Positions 32,325 through 42,716 of a stretch of 64,000 bases of DNA are shown piece after piece. The position numbers and the translations under genes were made by a program. The notes below the pieces were generated by a model, which ran no database searches, had not been told where the DNA came from, and saw only the letters and a program-made list of their open reading frames with translations. The stretch spans positions 1 through 64,000 of IMG/VR virus record IMGVR_UViG_3300023174_006147; one strand, written 5' to 3'. Position 1 is the stretch's first letter, and every line of letters starts with the position of its first letter. Source of the DNA: a virus.

Positions 32325-32708
32325 CTTACATCCTTTCTGTTGGTTGTTAGTGTATTATACACACTTTCTATTGAGAATACAAATAATTTATCGAGACTCG
32401 CCTATTTCCTTCATGAGAATTTGCAAGGCAGTTTCTCTGCGCTTTAAGGCAAATTCATAAGTGGGTCCCCAACTGAAGTCTTCTTCATCAGGCCCACACT
32501 CAAGCAGTGAATCGTAGACACGCTGTAGGTCTTCCTTGGTCATTGTCAAACTTCTTTTTTGGTGCTAATCACAAAAACTGCCTTATTCTTGACAGGATCA
32601 ACATAGTGATCAATTCCAACGATTTCGGACCCATCCTGCATTGTGAATTCCTTGCCCCAAGCCCATAGAATCTCGTCCAGTGATACAACAGAAGTATGTT
32701 GCTTATAT

Positions 32709-33002
32709 TCAGTCGTCATCTTCGTCCCAATCCCAGCTATTGCTGCCCCATTCTTCCTCCATTTGCTGACGAAACGCCTCTTCACGTTCGCGTTCCTCTG
32801 CGGCCCACTTTTGTCTACACATTTCGTCATAGACTGCGTTAGAACCATTACCCCAATAGTTGCATTCCATGCCACAGTCGGGACAGTATTCACGGCTCAC
32901 AGTTTCGCGAAAGTTTTCGCTCCCACAATTGGGACAAGGATTGTTATGCAGCTTCTTGCCGTTATCTACCCAGCCGTTGTGTTCATTGTAATAACTAGTC
33001 AT
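32709..33002 (-). CDS. zinc-ribbon hypothetical protein
   Basis: CPNC...CPDC. Confidence 0.55.
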   Translation of the reverse strand: MTSYYNEHNGWVDNGKKLHNNPCPNCGSENFRETVSREYCPDCGMECNYWGNGSNAVYDEMCRQKWAAEEREREEAFRQQMEEEWGSNSWDWDEDDD

Positions 33003-33635
33003 CTAACCTATCCAAATAATCTTGCCATTCGACTTCTGCCGAACCACCGGCTTGGTATCCGGCATCCCATGCTGCCTTTGCTACTTGAGAATAGCTGTCA
33101 TTTTCCAAATCGGGCTTACTGCCATACTCTTTCTCAAACCAACGTTCAAAAGTCATATCAAATATCCTCTACAGTTAGATTTTCACGAGAGGCTTCCCAA
33201 GCAGATTTACAAATCTCATAGCATTGGATCCGATCCTTGGCAGATTCATCGTCATAATCTTGAGGAAACTGTTCGTTGAACCATTGATCAAAGGTCATGT
33301 CTTGTCCCTTTCGTCTTGCCAGATTAGTTGACATTCACGAGCAGGGCAAATGTTCTTTGCGGACTCATACCCTTGATCGTATCCAGTTTCCTATGCTGCA
33401 CGAGCAATGTTGATCCAAAAGCGATATGCGCTGGTAAGACTACTCCGGTCAGCAGGATGACATTTATCCTGAGTTGCGATCCATTCATCAAAAGTCATTG
33501 TTCGTCCTTAAAGTTAGAGGAGAATAATTTTCTGTATAAATAAGTATAGCATAAAACAAGATGCAGTCAAGAAAAAAGTCCTTCGCGGTTCGGCAAAACC
33601 CAAGGACACTAACAGTTGTAAAGGAACTATCAGCA

Positions 33636-34334
33636 ATGTATTTATTCATATATAAAACAACCCATAAAAATGGCAAATATTATATTGGTCGTCATGAAAC
33701 TGAAAATTTAAATGACGGATATTTAGGTTCTGGAAATTGGATTAAAAATATAAAAGATAAATCTACACTTTCTAGAGAAATCATAGCAGAAGCATCAACA
33801 TTTGATGAGTTGTGTAAACTAGAAGAGTATTTCATTTCTCAACACTATGACGATCCAAACTGCATGAATTATAAAAGAGGAAGTATAGGCTGGACGTCTA
33901 AAGACGCGAGAGAGCAATTAGAAAAAGGAATACATCCTTTTTCTAAAGGAAGAAATCCAGGACCCGCAGCAACTAGTCGAAGAATGAAAAATGGGTCTCA
34001 TAATTTTATTGGTGAATCTAATCCGGTGCATAAACAATTAGAAAAAGGAATACATCCTTTTGTAGGAGGCGAATTTCAGAGATCAAGAGTTGCTGATGGC
34101 ACACATAATTTCTTAGGTGAAAATAATCCTAATTACGAAAGACTGATTAATGGAACACATAATTTCTTGGGCGAAAAGAATCCCGGCGGCGAGGCCAGCA
34201 GACGAAGAGTTGCCGATGGCACACATAATTTTCAAAAAATGTGGACTTGTCCACATTGTGGGAAAACCGGCCAAGGGACAAGTAATTTTGCCCGTTGGCA
34301 CGGCGATAATTGTAAATTAATTATTAAGAAATGA
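33636..34334 (+). mobile_element. GIY-YIG (Seg-like) homing endonuclease with GxHNF/GxHPF repeats
   Basis: FIYKTT...YYIG...YLGSG; six GxH(N/P)F repeats; opposite strand to the operon, TATAAATA upstream. Confidence 0.75.
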
Positions 34335-35192
34335 CCGAATATATTCCAATCTGGATTGTTCGTCCATTTCGTTAAACTGGTCCTTTATCTCGGACAGATG
34401 AGTAACAAGTGGATAAAATTCTTCATTTACTAAAGTTTTGTTTAGATTCATGATATCTTTTTTCCTTGACAATGCCTTCTTAACCAAATAATACGGCGAC
34501 TTGATCTTGAATGCATCACCTGATTCAGTGTATGCAACGAATCCTTCGTGGCGGACGGTCTTCACAGCCTTACGCAGGTCACCTACTGTAGTACGGAAAC
34601 CTTCTACCGGCAAGCAGCCGAACTGAATACCAAATACCGCAAGAGCATGAGAATCAACCTTTACAGGACTATCCCATTCCTTCAAACGGTAACCGATCAA
34701 GTACATGCCTTCCTCTTCAGGAATGATGTGCGGATCATTACGATGCACACATTCAAACATAAAAGTCAGGCGCGGATTTGCACGACAAATCTCACGATAT
34801 GCGCCCACGTCAATAAGCTCACGAGCCATTGCACAGAAGTCGCTGTCCAGGCTACCGGTAGTGCTCACAAGGATATCTCCATCGTGCCAGGTAACCGAAA
34901 CCATGAAGCCGTTGATCTTGCGATAAGCATCAACAACAGTATCGTCACTGAGCTTAGGAGCCTGCTTCTCAATACCGTAGTTGTACACTTTCGTAAATGG
35001 CCGCGAAATGAGGTTGAAGTCCTTGTCAATCACAGTGCCGCGACATTCCTCAAGGAAACGATTCCACAAATTTTTATAAAATACGGTTTTGGAATACTTG
35101 AGCACAAACAAGCCTGGATAGTTCACACTTTCGCGCATCTTAACCAGCTTGGGATTCTTTTCAACCCAATTCTTAAGTTCGATCTTGTTCAT
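34317..35192 (-). CDS. RNA ligase 1 (T4 Rnl1-like)
   Basis: ECRG, RPFTK, motif I KING, FE, EGFV, KIKS. Confidence 0.85.
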   Translation of the reverse strand: MNKIELKNWVEKNPKLVKMRESVNYPGLFVLKYSKTVFYKNLWNRFLEECRGTVIDKDFNLISRPFTKVYNYGIEKQAPKLSDDTVVDAYRKINGFMVSVTWHDGDILVSTTGSLDSDFCAMARELIDVGAYREICRANPRLTFMFECVHRNDPHIIPEEEGMYLIGYRLKEWDSPVKVDSHALAVFGIQFGCLPVEGFRTTVGDLRKAVKTVRHEGFVAYTESGDAFKIKSPYYLVKKALSRKKDIMNLNKTLVNEEFYPLVTHLSEIKDQFNEMDEQSRLEYIRSFLNN

Positions 35193-35467
35193 GTCTGTGT
35201 CCTTGTGTGTTTAACTTACTTGCACAGTATACTGATTTTACCAGAGGGCGTCAAGCTATGTTTTAATTAAACCATCCCATCCAATCGCAGAACAAAAATA
35301 CAGGAAAGACAGGTACCCACCAAAACATGATGATCATGAAATCAGTAGCTCGTTCATCACCTGGTGCCTCATACGACTCAGACCATTCAAGATAATCTTG
35401 ATAGTCTGCTTCCCATTCTTTCTGTATCGCTATCCACCTTTCCTTATAATCATCCATTGCGGATCCT

Positions 35468-35866
35468 TTAGTTGTTCTTGGGGAAAATAATGTGACAAGG
35501 TTTGCTTTTTTTAACAGCATAATCATTGGTATACCAGGTGCCGCCTTGACTCTGGTGACTGTCCTGATAGGGTACAACAAGCAGCACATCAGTCTCGTCT
35601 ACAATGTTGCGATTTCTAGCAAAATAGGACTTAGGTTCACGAATCTCATCTGACTTGTGATAAGCACGAAGCTCATCTTTAACAGGAGGATGACACACTG
35701 TACGCCAGCCCAACTTTTCAGCAATCTTAGCTGCCTCAACATCAACACCGACGCAATCCCCGTGATGGAATTCGCCGGTGCCGAGTTCGGTTAAGAGTTC
35801 AGTAAACTCTTGTTTTTGACGCTTGTTCATTCCTGAACGTGTGCCAGTTACGCCGACTTTGACCAT
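35468..35866 (-). CDS. SLOG/DprA-like Rossmann protein
   Basis: GVTGTR, HGDCVGVD, RNRNIVD, GGTW. Confidence 0.65.
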   Translation of the reverse strand: MVKVGVTGTRSGMNKRQKQEFTELLTELGTGEFHHGDCVGVDVEAAKIAEKLGWRTVCHPPVKDELRAYHKSDEIREPKSYFARNRNIVDETDVLLVVPYQDSHQSQGGTWYTNDYAVKKSKPCHIIFPKNN

Positions 35867-36408
35867 TAGTGATGTCCCTTAATCGCACCCTTGGCAGCAT
35901 CGGCACAGATGTCGTCCAGCAGTGTAACAACATTGCCAGTAGCATCCATGCCCACATCCCGGGCACGATATGCTTCTAAGCCGCTAACACCACCATGAAC
36001 GTGTCCGAACAGGTGGATAGCACCGTGATGCATACGATCCCACTCGGCGATTGGGTAATGAAACATGATCACAGGCTTCTTGTCGTAGCGCACGGTGTCC
36101 AAGTAAACATGAACTTCTTTAAAGCAACGACGGAATACAGGATCCTTGAGCAGCTTCCGATCGTGATTGCCTTCAATCAGGATCTTATCACCATTCAGCT
36201 GATTCAAGATTGCCACAGCTTTGTTTGAAGGCAGGAACGCAAAGTCGCCCAGGATGTAGACAGTGTCCTCTGGAGCAACCTTGGCATTCCACTCGCGAAT
36301 CATGCTCTGATTCATATCTTCAACGTCCTTGTACTTTCGAGTCTCAGGACAAAATTTCATGATGTTAGTGTGACCAAAGTGCAGATCACTTGATACCCAA
36401 GTTTTCAT
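35866..36408 (-). CDS. calcineurin-like metallophosphoesterase
   Basis: SDLHFGH, LGD, GNHD, GHVH. Confidence 0.9.
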   Translation of the reverse strand: MKTWVSSDLHFGHTNIMKFCPETRKYKDVEDMNQSMIREWNAKVAPEDTVYILGDFAFLPSNKAVAILNQLNGDKILIEGNHDRKLLKDPVFRRCFKEVHVYLDTVRYDKKPVIMFHYPIAEWDRMHHGAIHLFGHVHGGVSGLEAYRARDVGMDATGNVVTLLDDICADAAKGAIKGHH

Positions 36409-36419
36409 TATCTAATTCC

Positions 36420-36641
36420 TTAATCTACGATCTTGCAGTAGCGAACCTGAAAGCCGAATGCATCCTTACGCATTTTGCCAAACTTTGATTCGTGCCACAC
36501 ATAATCTTCGTTAATTTCTACGATAGTAACTTCGTAGTCGCTACCATCCGCTGGCGCCCAACGCTGACCAACCTTAACCTCACTAGCAGGAAAAATGTGT
36601 CCGCATACGAGCTTTCGTTCATTTACAACTTCAATACGCAT
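36420..36641 (-). CDS. small hypothetical protein
   Basis: SD and sigma70-like promoter upstream. Confidence 0.55.
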   Translation of the reverse strand: MRIEVVNERKLVCGHIFPASEVKVGQRWAPADGSDYEVTIVEINEDYVWHESKFGKMRKDAFGFQVRYCKIVD

Positions 36642-36701
36642 AACAATCTCCTGTGCGTTGTTTACTTACATATTATATTAGGTTTAAACACACCAGTCAA
36701 C

Positions 36702-36736
36702 AAAAAAGCCCTGCTAAATTAATAGCAGGGCCTTTT
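36702..36736 (-). terminator. intrinsic terminator
   Basis: gccctgcta/tagcagggc stem with U-tract on the minus strand. Confidence 0.7.
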
Positions 36737-36870
36737 AAATTAGTTAGTTGTAGTATTCTTCTTACGGTTCTTGAACATGTAACGTAAAAACAACACCGAA
36801 GTTAGTACAACACCTGCAATAAAACTAAAAAAGTTATATTCAAGTACACTTGAGAATGCAGTACAAAGCA

Positions 36871-37527
36871 TTATCGATTGTTCCTGATGTAGTTACGAAT
36901 CTTAACAAAGATCCAAACAAGTGCAGCAATAAATGCAATCAGTGTAAGCAGGTTAACAAAACCCCAAAAGATCATTCCAAAGAATCCAGGACCACTGTTG
37001 ACTACAGGAGCACCGCCTACATAACCTCCTTCGTTATACATAGGAGGCTGTGCATAACCACCGCCGTTAACAACGACCGGAGCAGCGTGGTGACCATCTC
37101 CAAAAATCATGTTACCAAGAATAGACCCGGTAAAAGCGCCGCCAAACGAACTGGCAAATCCACCGCCGCCGAATCCACCGCCGCCAAATCCGCCACCATT
37201 GTTGTTATAGTTGTTATAGGTATTACCGCCGCGATTGTAACCATTGTATGGACGCTGAACTACACGAGTCTGCGCAGGTCGCGAAGTATTGTAGGAAGGT
37301 CCCGAACTAAAGCGCGGCTGGGTTGCGGCAGGCCGTGAATACGAAGAGCTAGGACGATAGCTGCTCTGATAGCTTCTACTGGGACGATAGCTTGAGCCCG
37401 AACTATAGCTGCGCGAGCTAGAATACGAACTTCGGCTACTGGAAGAACTACTACCATACTTTCCGGCAAGTGCAGGCTGAGCAATCATAAGAGCGGCCAT
37501 AAAGCCAATAACAAACTTCTTAAACAT
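36871..37527 (-). CDS. Ser/Gly-rich membrane protein with signal peptide
   Basis: signal peptide (ALA), low-complexity S/G/Y, C-terminal TM. Confidence 0.7.
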   Translation of the reverse strand: MFKKFVIGFMAALMIAQPALAGKYGSSSSSSRSSYSSSRSYSSGSSYRPSRSYQSSYRPSSSYSRPAATQPRFSSGPSYNTSRPAQTRVVQRPYNGYNRGGNTYNNYNNNGGGFGGGGFGGGGFASSFGGAFTGSILGNMIFGDGHHAAPVVVNGGGYAQPPMYNEGGYVGGAPVVNSGPGFFGMIFWGFVNLLTLIAFIAALVWIFVKIRNYIRNNR

Positions 37528-37538
37528 AATAAAATTCC

Positions 37539-37766
37539 TTATTCAGGGGGGAGGATAGTGAGGATCTTGCCTAAGATGTCTGACTTAGACTCAAAACCAT
37601 TGGATTCATCAAGTTGGTTAAAATAATCAACTAGCTGGTTGAGAGTATTTTCCTTACCCTCGAGGTACTCAATATAATTCTGCGCTTCATCGATGACCTT
37701 GCCAACTGCATAGGGCTGTGTTGAGCGAATGTTATTAAAGTCTTCAAACAAACCTTCGTAATTCAT
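37539..37766 (-). CDS. hypothetical protein
   Basis: 75 aa with SD. Confidence 0.5.
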   Translation of the reverse strand: MNYEGLFEDFNNIRSTQPYAVGKVIDEAQNYIEYLEGKENTLNQLVDYFNQLDESNGFESKSDILGKILTILPPE

Positions 37767-37778
37767 CTTAATTTCCTT

Positions 37779-38129
37779 TTACCAAGAGCCACTATCACAA
37801 CTAGAACTGCTGTCAGAACTACAGCTGGAATCATAACTGGAACCGCTGTCATAACTTGAACTTGAAAGCATATTAGATATTGCTACAGAAGTAAGTATAT
37901 CGGTTGTGCTATCATTATATGATGGCGAAGAATAATTTTCACGACTTGCGGGATGAACAATTCCTTTTGACTTTACATCTGATCTGAATTTGTTTGCTTC
38001 TTTTTCAGTTAATGGCTTCATATGAGGAGCCACAGTGGGTTCTATAACAGAAACTAGTTCTTTTTTCTTCTTACGCTTAAAAAATGAAAACATAAATGTT
38101 CCTTTATTGTTTACACATATAGTATACAA
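37779..38129 (-). CDS. hypothetical protein with Ser/Asp tail
   Basis: real start probably MFSFF. Confidence 0.5.
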   Translation of the reverse strand: MYTICVNNKGTFMFSFFKRKKKKELVSVIEPTVAPHMKPLTEKEANKFRSDVKSKGIVHPASRENYSSPSYNDSTTDILTSVAISNMLSSSSYDSGSSYDSSCSSDSSSSCDSGSW

Positions 38130-38152
38130 AACTTATTACATGGAGTCAAGAC

Positions 38153-38188
38153 AAAAAAATAGCTCTGGCAAATTAATGCCAGAGCTAT
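38153..38188 (-). terminator. intrinsic terminator after the Ro-like gene
   Basis: aatagctctggca/tgccagagctatt + U-tract. Confidence 0.75.
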
Positions 38189-38198
38189 TAGGGAAGGA

Positions 38199-39617
38199 TT
38201 AGATATCGTAACGAGGATTCATGATGGCCTTCATCATAATTCCAGTAGGAGTAAACTCCTGCATATCAGCAGCAAGCAGTGCCTTGACAATGCTTGGGCT
38301 GAAACCGCTCACGAGTGCAGCACCCGACTTGTCTGCTTTCACCGGAACGTTATCACTAGCGTTCAGGTTCCAGAAGACAACCTGCGGAACAGTATAACCT
38401 GCTTCTGCGTACTTACGTTCGATCATCTGAATTGCAGTGTCGTCGTAGTTACTGCAACAATTAAACTGCATGTCCGAGAGGATAAGCAGCATTTCAGGCA
38501 TTTCACCCTGAGGTACACCGTTCTTGACTGCAACATCAAGGATCTTGTTGAATGCAGCGTGTAGGTTAGTACTCATGCCCCATTCGCTCTTGGCCATCTG
38601 TGCAGCCTTTTCAACAACATTGCCCTTGAGAGTAACTAGTTGAGGACTGGAACTGAAAGTAAGGAAAGTGTCCTTGAACTTGCCAGTGTTCTTGTCCGCA
38701 AGATAGAGACCCAGTGAAACTGCAACGTCAAGGCAAGTAACCTCACTCTTAGAAGAGCTACCACCTGCACGACAAGTCATAGAACCCGAAACATCAACAA
38801 GTGGAAGAATGTTTGCATCCCCAACATAGTTAGGAAGTGCATTCCACTGTGCCACAACGTGATCAAGCTCAGTCTTACCCAGCGAAGGACCATAGTGACG
38901 AATGACGCCCTTAAGAACATCATACGGATATACTGCACCAGCGTTGACCTTGGCAGTAGGATCACCCTTTACCAGCTTGGCAACGTACTCAGCAAACTTA
39001 GGAGTATTGCGAGTAAATGCCTTCTTGTAGCGCGAAGCTGCAAGACTAGGAACATGGTTAAAGTTGATGTTGTCCCAATCCTTAGCACACATCTGAGTTT
39101 CAACAACCTTGGTCAGGTTAACCAGAGTCTTACGATACTGCTTAGGGCTCATACCAAGTGCAGATCGAAGTTCTGCTGCCACTGCGCCCTTGCGAGGCAT
39201 CCACTTGGCGCAAAGACCATTGCCACTGGCAAGTGCTTCTGCGATCAGTGCGTATGCTTCGGTCTTGAGATCGATGGTTTCAAAGACGAGTAGATCGTCC
39301 CATCGGCCAATTTCTGGTACCTTTGCAAGAAGTGCCTTTGCTGCATCGGGGTCAGTCTTTTCCAGCTGAACAAGGATGTCACGGAAAATCTTACGTTCGC
39401 CTGCACCGCCACGAGCGTCACGCGCCCACTGTGCAACGCGCAGTGCAATTTCTCGATTTTCCACGAATGCACCAGTAAAGGCAGGGACGATATTCTTGCC
39501 ACGGCTCGCGCCAATTGCAAAGAAAAGGTCAACGTTCTTGGACGCTGACGACTTAAGAGCCCGCATGCCGTTAGTGGTACGAGCTTCCTGGTTTGCTACT
39601 GCTTCTACAAAATTCAT
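38199..39617 (-). CDS. Ro60/TROVE-like DUF2828 protein with C-terminal vWA domain
   Basis: TTNG, RDARGGAGER, GRWDDL, AKWMPR, MIDAS DVSGSM, SDMQF, VFWNL, SGFS. Confidence 0.8.
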   Translation of the reverse strand: MNFVEAVANQEARTTNGMRALKSSASKNVDLFFAIGASRGKNIVPAFTGAFVENREIALRVAQWARDARGGAGERKIFRDILVQLEKTDPDAAKALLAKVPEIGRWDDLLVFETIDLKTEAYALIAEALASGNGLCAKWMPRKGAVAAELRSALGMSPKQYRKTLVNLTKVVETQMCAKDWDNINFNHVPSLAASRYKKAFTRNTPKFAEYVAKLVKGDPTAKVNAGAVYPYDVLKGVIRHYGPSLGKTELDHVVAQWNALPNYVGDANILPLVDVSGSMTCRAGGSSSKSEVTCLDVAVSLGLYLADKNTGKFKDTFLTFSSSPQLVTLKGNVVEKAAQMAKSEWGMSTNLHAAFNKILDVAVKNGVPQGEMPEMLLILSDMQFNCCSNYDDTAIQMIERKYAEAGYTVPQVVFWNLNASDNVPVKADKSGAALVSGFSPSIVKALLAADMQEFTPTGIMMKAIMNPRYDI

Positions 39618-39630
39618 GTTTATTTCCTTT

Positions 39631-39683
39631 CAGGTTAATTTGGTTTGCTTTATGAATGCAAGTTTCTGTGCTGTTTTTAACCT
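39631..39683 (-). ncRNA. scaffold RNA A1 (payload: CAU anticodon-like hairpin), in the leader of the Ro-like gene
   Basis: AGGTTAA-AAA-CAGCA...TTGCA TTCATAA AGCAA...TTAACCTG. Confidence 0.65.
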
Positions 39684-39710
39684 ATTAAACAATGTGCTTA
39701 ATATGTGTGT

Positions 39711-39739
39711 ATTATAGTGTATTGTGTTGACTGCGTCAA
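39711..39739 (-). promoter_or_regulatory. sigma70-type promoter for A1 and the Ro-like gene
   Basis: TTGACG-N17-TATAAT. Confidence 0.75.
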
Positions 39740-39750
39740 CATATATTTTA

Positions 39751-39856
39751 CAGGATGTTGTGACATTAAAAGACCGGGAGTCGAACCCATTGTCACTGTC
39801 CCCACTGGACTGGCCCGCTAGTTTTGAGAGCGAATAATGATTGCGGTAATCATCCT
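39751..39856 (-). ncRNA. scaffold RNA A2 (payload includes a T arm)
   Basis: AGGATGA-TTA-CCGCA...GGGTTCGACTCCC...CATCCTG. Confidence 0.65.
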
Positions 39857-39876
39857 AAAATATGATTTGAATTAAA

Positions 39877-39940
39877 CAGGATGCCTTTTTTGCTTTTTTG
39901 ATTACAAGTCAAGTGCATAAAGGTTTGCTGCAGGCATCCT
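39877..39940 (-). ncRNA. scaffold RNA A3 (payload: Thr-UGU anticodon arm)
   Basis: AGGATGC-CTG-CAGCA...TTGA CTTGTAA TCAA...GCATCCTG. Confidence 0.7.
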
Positions 39941-39948
39941 TAAACTTA

Positions 39949-40347
39949 TTAGGTAAACGTCTTTAACGCTTTGATATCGTCACCAACATTGTCTTCCAAA
40001 ATTGGTCCAAGACCTAAGCAAGTAGTTGTTGGTTCATCGAATACTGTGAAACCAGCATCAGTCACAAGACTAGTACCACAGATATCCTTGTACTTTTCTT
40101 GTAGAGCCTTAAGCTCTTCGACGGTATCGACAATTAAGGTAATTTTATAAGCACGATCACCATTCTGGTACTTTTCTGCATCACTAGGTTCGTCAATGGC
40201 AAATCCATGTTCACCAGGAAATCTTTTTACAGAATCCCAAAAACTGTGAAGATAGGCGTGTCCTGCCTGAGTACACATCTTACCACGAATACCGTTCATT
40301 TTCTTTACCGATTCAAGGGCAAAGATACAGTACATTTTAACTTTCAT
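39949..40347 (-). CDS. pth2: peptidyl-tRNA hydrolase, Pth2 type
   Basis: GKMCTQAGHA, KITL, DAGFT, TCLGLGP; start moved to MKVKMY. Confidence 0.85.
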   Translation of the reverse strand: MKVKMYCIFALESVKKMNGIRGKMCTQAGHAYLHSFWDSVKRFPGEHGFAIDEPSDAEKYQNGDRAYKITLIVDTVEELKALQEKYKDICGTSLVTDAGFTVFDEPTTTCLGLGPILEDNVGDDIKALKTFT

Positions 40348-40365
40348 ATCTCTACCTTTCAAAAT

Positions 40366-40443
40366 TGGAGCGCCGGGCGTGATTCGAACACGCGGTGTTA
40401 CTGCTTTGCAGGCAGTTGCATTGGGCCTCTCTGCCACCGACGC
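40366..40443 (-). tRNA. tRNA-Cys(GCA)
   Basis: cloverleaf, U73, CCA. Confidence 0.9.
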
Positions 40444-40456
40444 ATTATTTAAATTC

Positions 40457-40544
40457 TGGCGGAGCGTGTGGGAATCGAACCCACTCTACCCATTTAGGTA
40501 GTACAGATTAGCAGTCTGCTGCATTACCGGCCTGCCCACGCTCC
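40457..40544 (-). tRNA. tRNA-Ser(GCT)
   Basis: long variable arm, CCA. Confidence 0.9.
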
Positions 40545-40596
40545 GTATTTGTTGTTGCAATTATAGTACTATTTATTAGTAGTGTCAACGCTAAAT

Positions 40597-41013
40597 TTAC
40601 AATCCTGCCTTTTTTACTAACTCTTTATATCCAGCCCAGCTAGGATGAATATGATCAGGTTGTACACGCTTAGTTGCAATAATCTGATCGCCATATTCGT
40701 GTGCTAGTTTCTCAACAATTGCATTTACATTTGCTTTACAAAACTTTTCATTGCAGGGCGGCATAATCCATACAACACGATTCGAGTGGACACGATTTCG
40801 CATCTTACGAAGTTCTGCTTCAGTATGAATGAACTGATGATCATTAGTGCCAAGACTAATGACAACTAGCTTAGAATCAAGAGCAGTATTGCCCCACTTC
40901 TTGTTCCACTGCCACGTGTTATATCCACCTTTAGCATATGAAACACATTGCTTAGGTGCAAACATTTCAGTACCAACGGCGATACTATCGCCGATAATTA
41001 AACATTCCAACAT
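40597..41013 (-). CDS. SGNH/GDSL hydrolase
   Basis: IGDSI, LGTND, DHIHP. Confidence 0.8.
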   Translation of the reverse strand: MLECLIIGDSIAVGTEMFAPKQCVSYAKGGYNTWQWNKKWGNTALDSKLVVISLGTNDHQFIHTEAELRKMRNRVHSNRVVWIMPPCNEKFCKANVNAIVEKLAHEYGDQIIATKRVQPDHIHPSWAGYKELVKKAGL

Positions 41014-41247
41014 TAATCATCCTTTACTGTTTTTGCTTTGCCGTCTTTTACTAGCTTGTGCCTAGCTTTGTTGACCTTTGGTGTAGGCGCATCGCCACCG
41101 GCAAATTCATGCTTGGTAAGCAATAGGTCTTTATGTTGAATAAATTCTTCCATTATTTTAAAATCGCAATCAGCAGCAATATAAATGCCATTATGGGATG
41201 TGAAGGAAAAATTACAAATGCAATAATTAACAACAAACAGCCCACTA

Positions 41248-41655
41248 TTACCTCCGCATCTTTGCAATTTCTTCCGCGTCACTTTGTTCAAAAATTGGCA
41301 CCATATTTGATTTATGCATCGTGCCAATTCCAATTAGTTTGCGCGCACCGGAATATTGCATTGGCGCCTTGGCAAATCCATTACCCACGCCGTTGCCGCT
41401 GGGGATAACAGGACTTGATCGACGGTATGTTTCTGTTTTGAATGGATCTTTGACGATCTTAGGTGTATACTTACTCTTGCCCTGCTTGTAGGCAATGTAC
41501 TCATCAACCGTCTTTTCCTTGAGACCAAGTCTGCGCATCTGCTTGTTATAAGTGCGAAACTCTTCTGCAAGTTTTGCAGTTATTGTAACAGGCTTAGACT
41601 TTTTACGCTTAGTAGAAGTAGTTGATAATCCTGGTCCACAAAGATGCATACTCAT
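41248..41655 (-). CDS. hypothetical phage protein
   Basis: basic, ends GIGTMHKSNMVPIF...AKMRR. Confidence 0.6.
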   Translation of the reverse strand: MSMHLCGPGLSTTSTKRKKSKPVTITAKLAEEFRTYNKQMRRLGLKEKTVDEYIAYKQGKSKYTPKIVKDPFKTETYRRSSPVIPSGNGVGNGFAKAPMQYSGARKLIGIGTMHKSNMVPIFEQSDAEEIAKMRR

Positions 41656-41664
41656 AAAAATTCC

Positions 41665-42384
41665 TTATATACTAAATTCTTTGCATTGTTGCAAGGTAGT
41701 TATTATAACAATATTGTTATACTGGGTCAATAGTATATCTAATTTTTCTTTCTGAACTTTAAATGCATGTGGATTTTTCGGATCTAAATATAAATTATGT
41801 TCTGGTAAATAAAAATCCGGAAAGTAATGATGCTCGATTCCACTATTATCAATCCATTTTAGTGGAGCAGGCCTCGTCCATTTTACATTAATACTGTCTA
41901 AACGTCTTGCAAGTTCTAATTCCCAAGTGGAATCTAACAATACGCCATTATACATTACTGTATGTTTCTTTAACCTTCTATGAGGTGAAGAAAGTGCTTT
42001 ATCACGTAGTATCTTTTTTGTTTTATCTGTATGTGTTTTTCCAAGAAATGTTTTGCGATCAATATGGTCATATTTTCCTTCTGCATGGGCCAGTGATATG
42101 GAAATAGAACATTTCTTTTTAGATTCCTCAGTTATTCCAGCTCTCATTTTTTCAGTATTTTTATTATACTGATCACGCATTGGATTTTTTTTACACCATC
42201 TTGAATGATTTGCCATCCATCCTAGTGACTTGGTGGTCAAATCAAAGAATTCATTACAATGAATGCAAATTCCTTTAGATTCTGGATTTTTATAATTTCC
42301 TGAACATGCATCATAATGCCGTAAAAAATTGCCGCCTCTGTTTGAGAATTCAAATCCACATTTATCACATTTAATCTTTTTCAT
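41665..42384 (-). mobile_element. putative PD-(D/E)xK homing endonuclease with Zn fingers and NUMOD3
   Basis: GKTHTDKTK, STWE, YFPDFYL...LDPK; next to tRNA-Arg. Confidence 0.7.
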
Positions 42385-42400
42385 AGTATCTCTGTAAAAT

Positions 42401-42476
42401 TGGTGCCCTTACCAGGACTCGAACCTGGAACACAAGTTTAGAAGACTAGGATGATCTCCGGTTTCACCATAAGGGC
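42401..42476 (-). tRNA. tRNA-Arg(TCT)
   Basis: cloverleaf + CCA. Confidence 0.88.
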
Positions 42477-42527
42477 GGTAATCTTATTTATATAAATTAA
42501 GCCTGATACTATATCCAAATAAGCTAA

Positions 42528-42716
42528 CTATGCCTGACCGTTTTTCCAGTCATCTTCGGTGATTTCAAAATCGGCATTTTTAACAGACTTAATGGCTCTA
42601 AACACGGTTACTGCACCTAAACACACAGCACCGGTTACACCAAATACTGCAAGAAATGCAATCTTTGGACCCAGAGTCCTTGCCTGTTCATATACTAAAT
42701 GTTTGATCTGTTTCAT
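42528..42716 (-). CDS. small membrane protein
   Basis: MKQIKHLVYEQARTLGPK + TM. Confidence 0.55.
   Translation of the reverse strand: MKQIKHLVYEQARTLGPKIAFLAVFGVTGAVCLGAVTVFRAIKSVKNADFEITEDDWKNGQA

Noticed and set aside
1685-39717. Plus-strand ORFs antisense to clpA, rnl1, the DUF2828 gene and others
   Set aside because: They are shadow ORFs of well-supported minus-strand genes.
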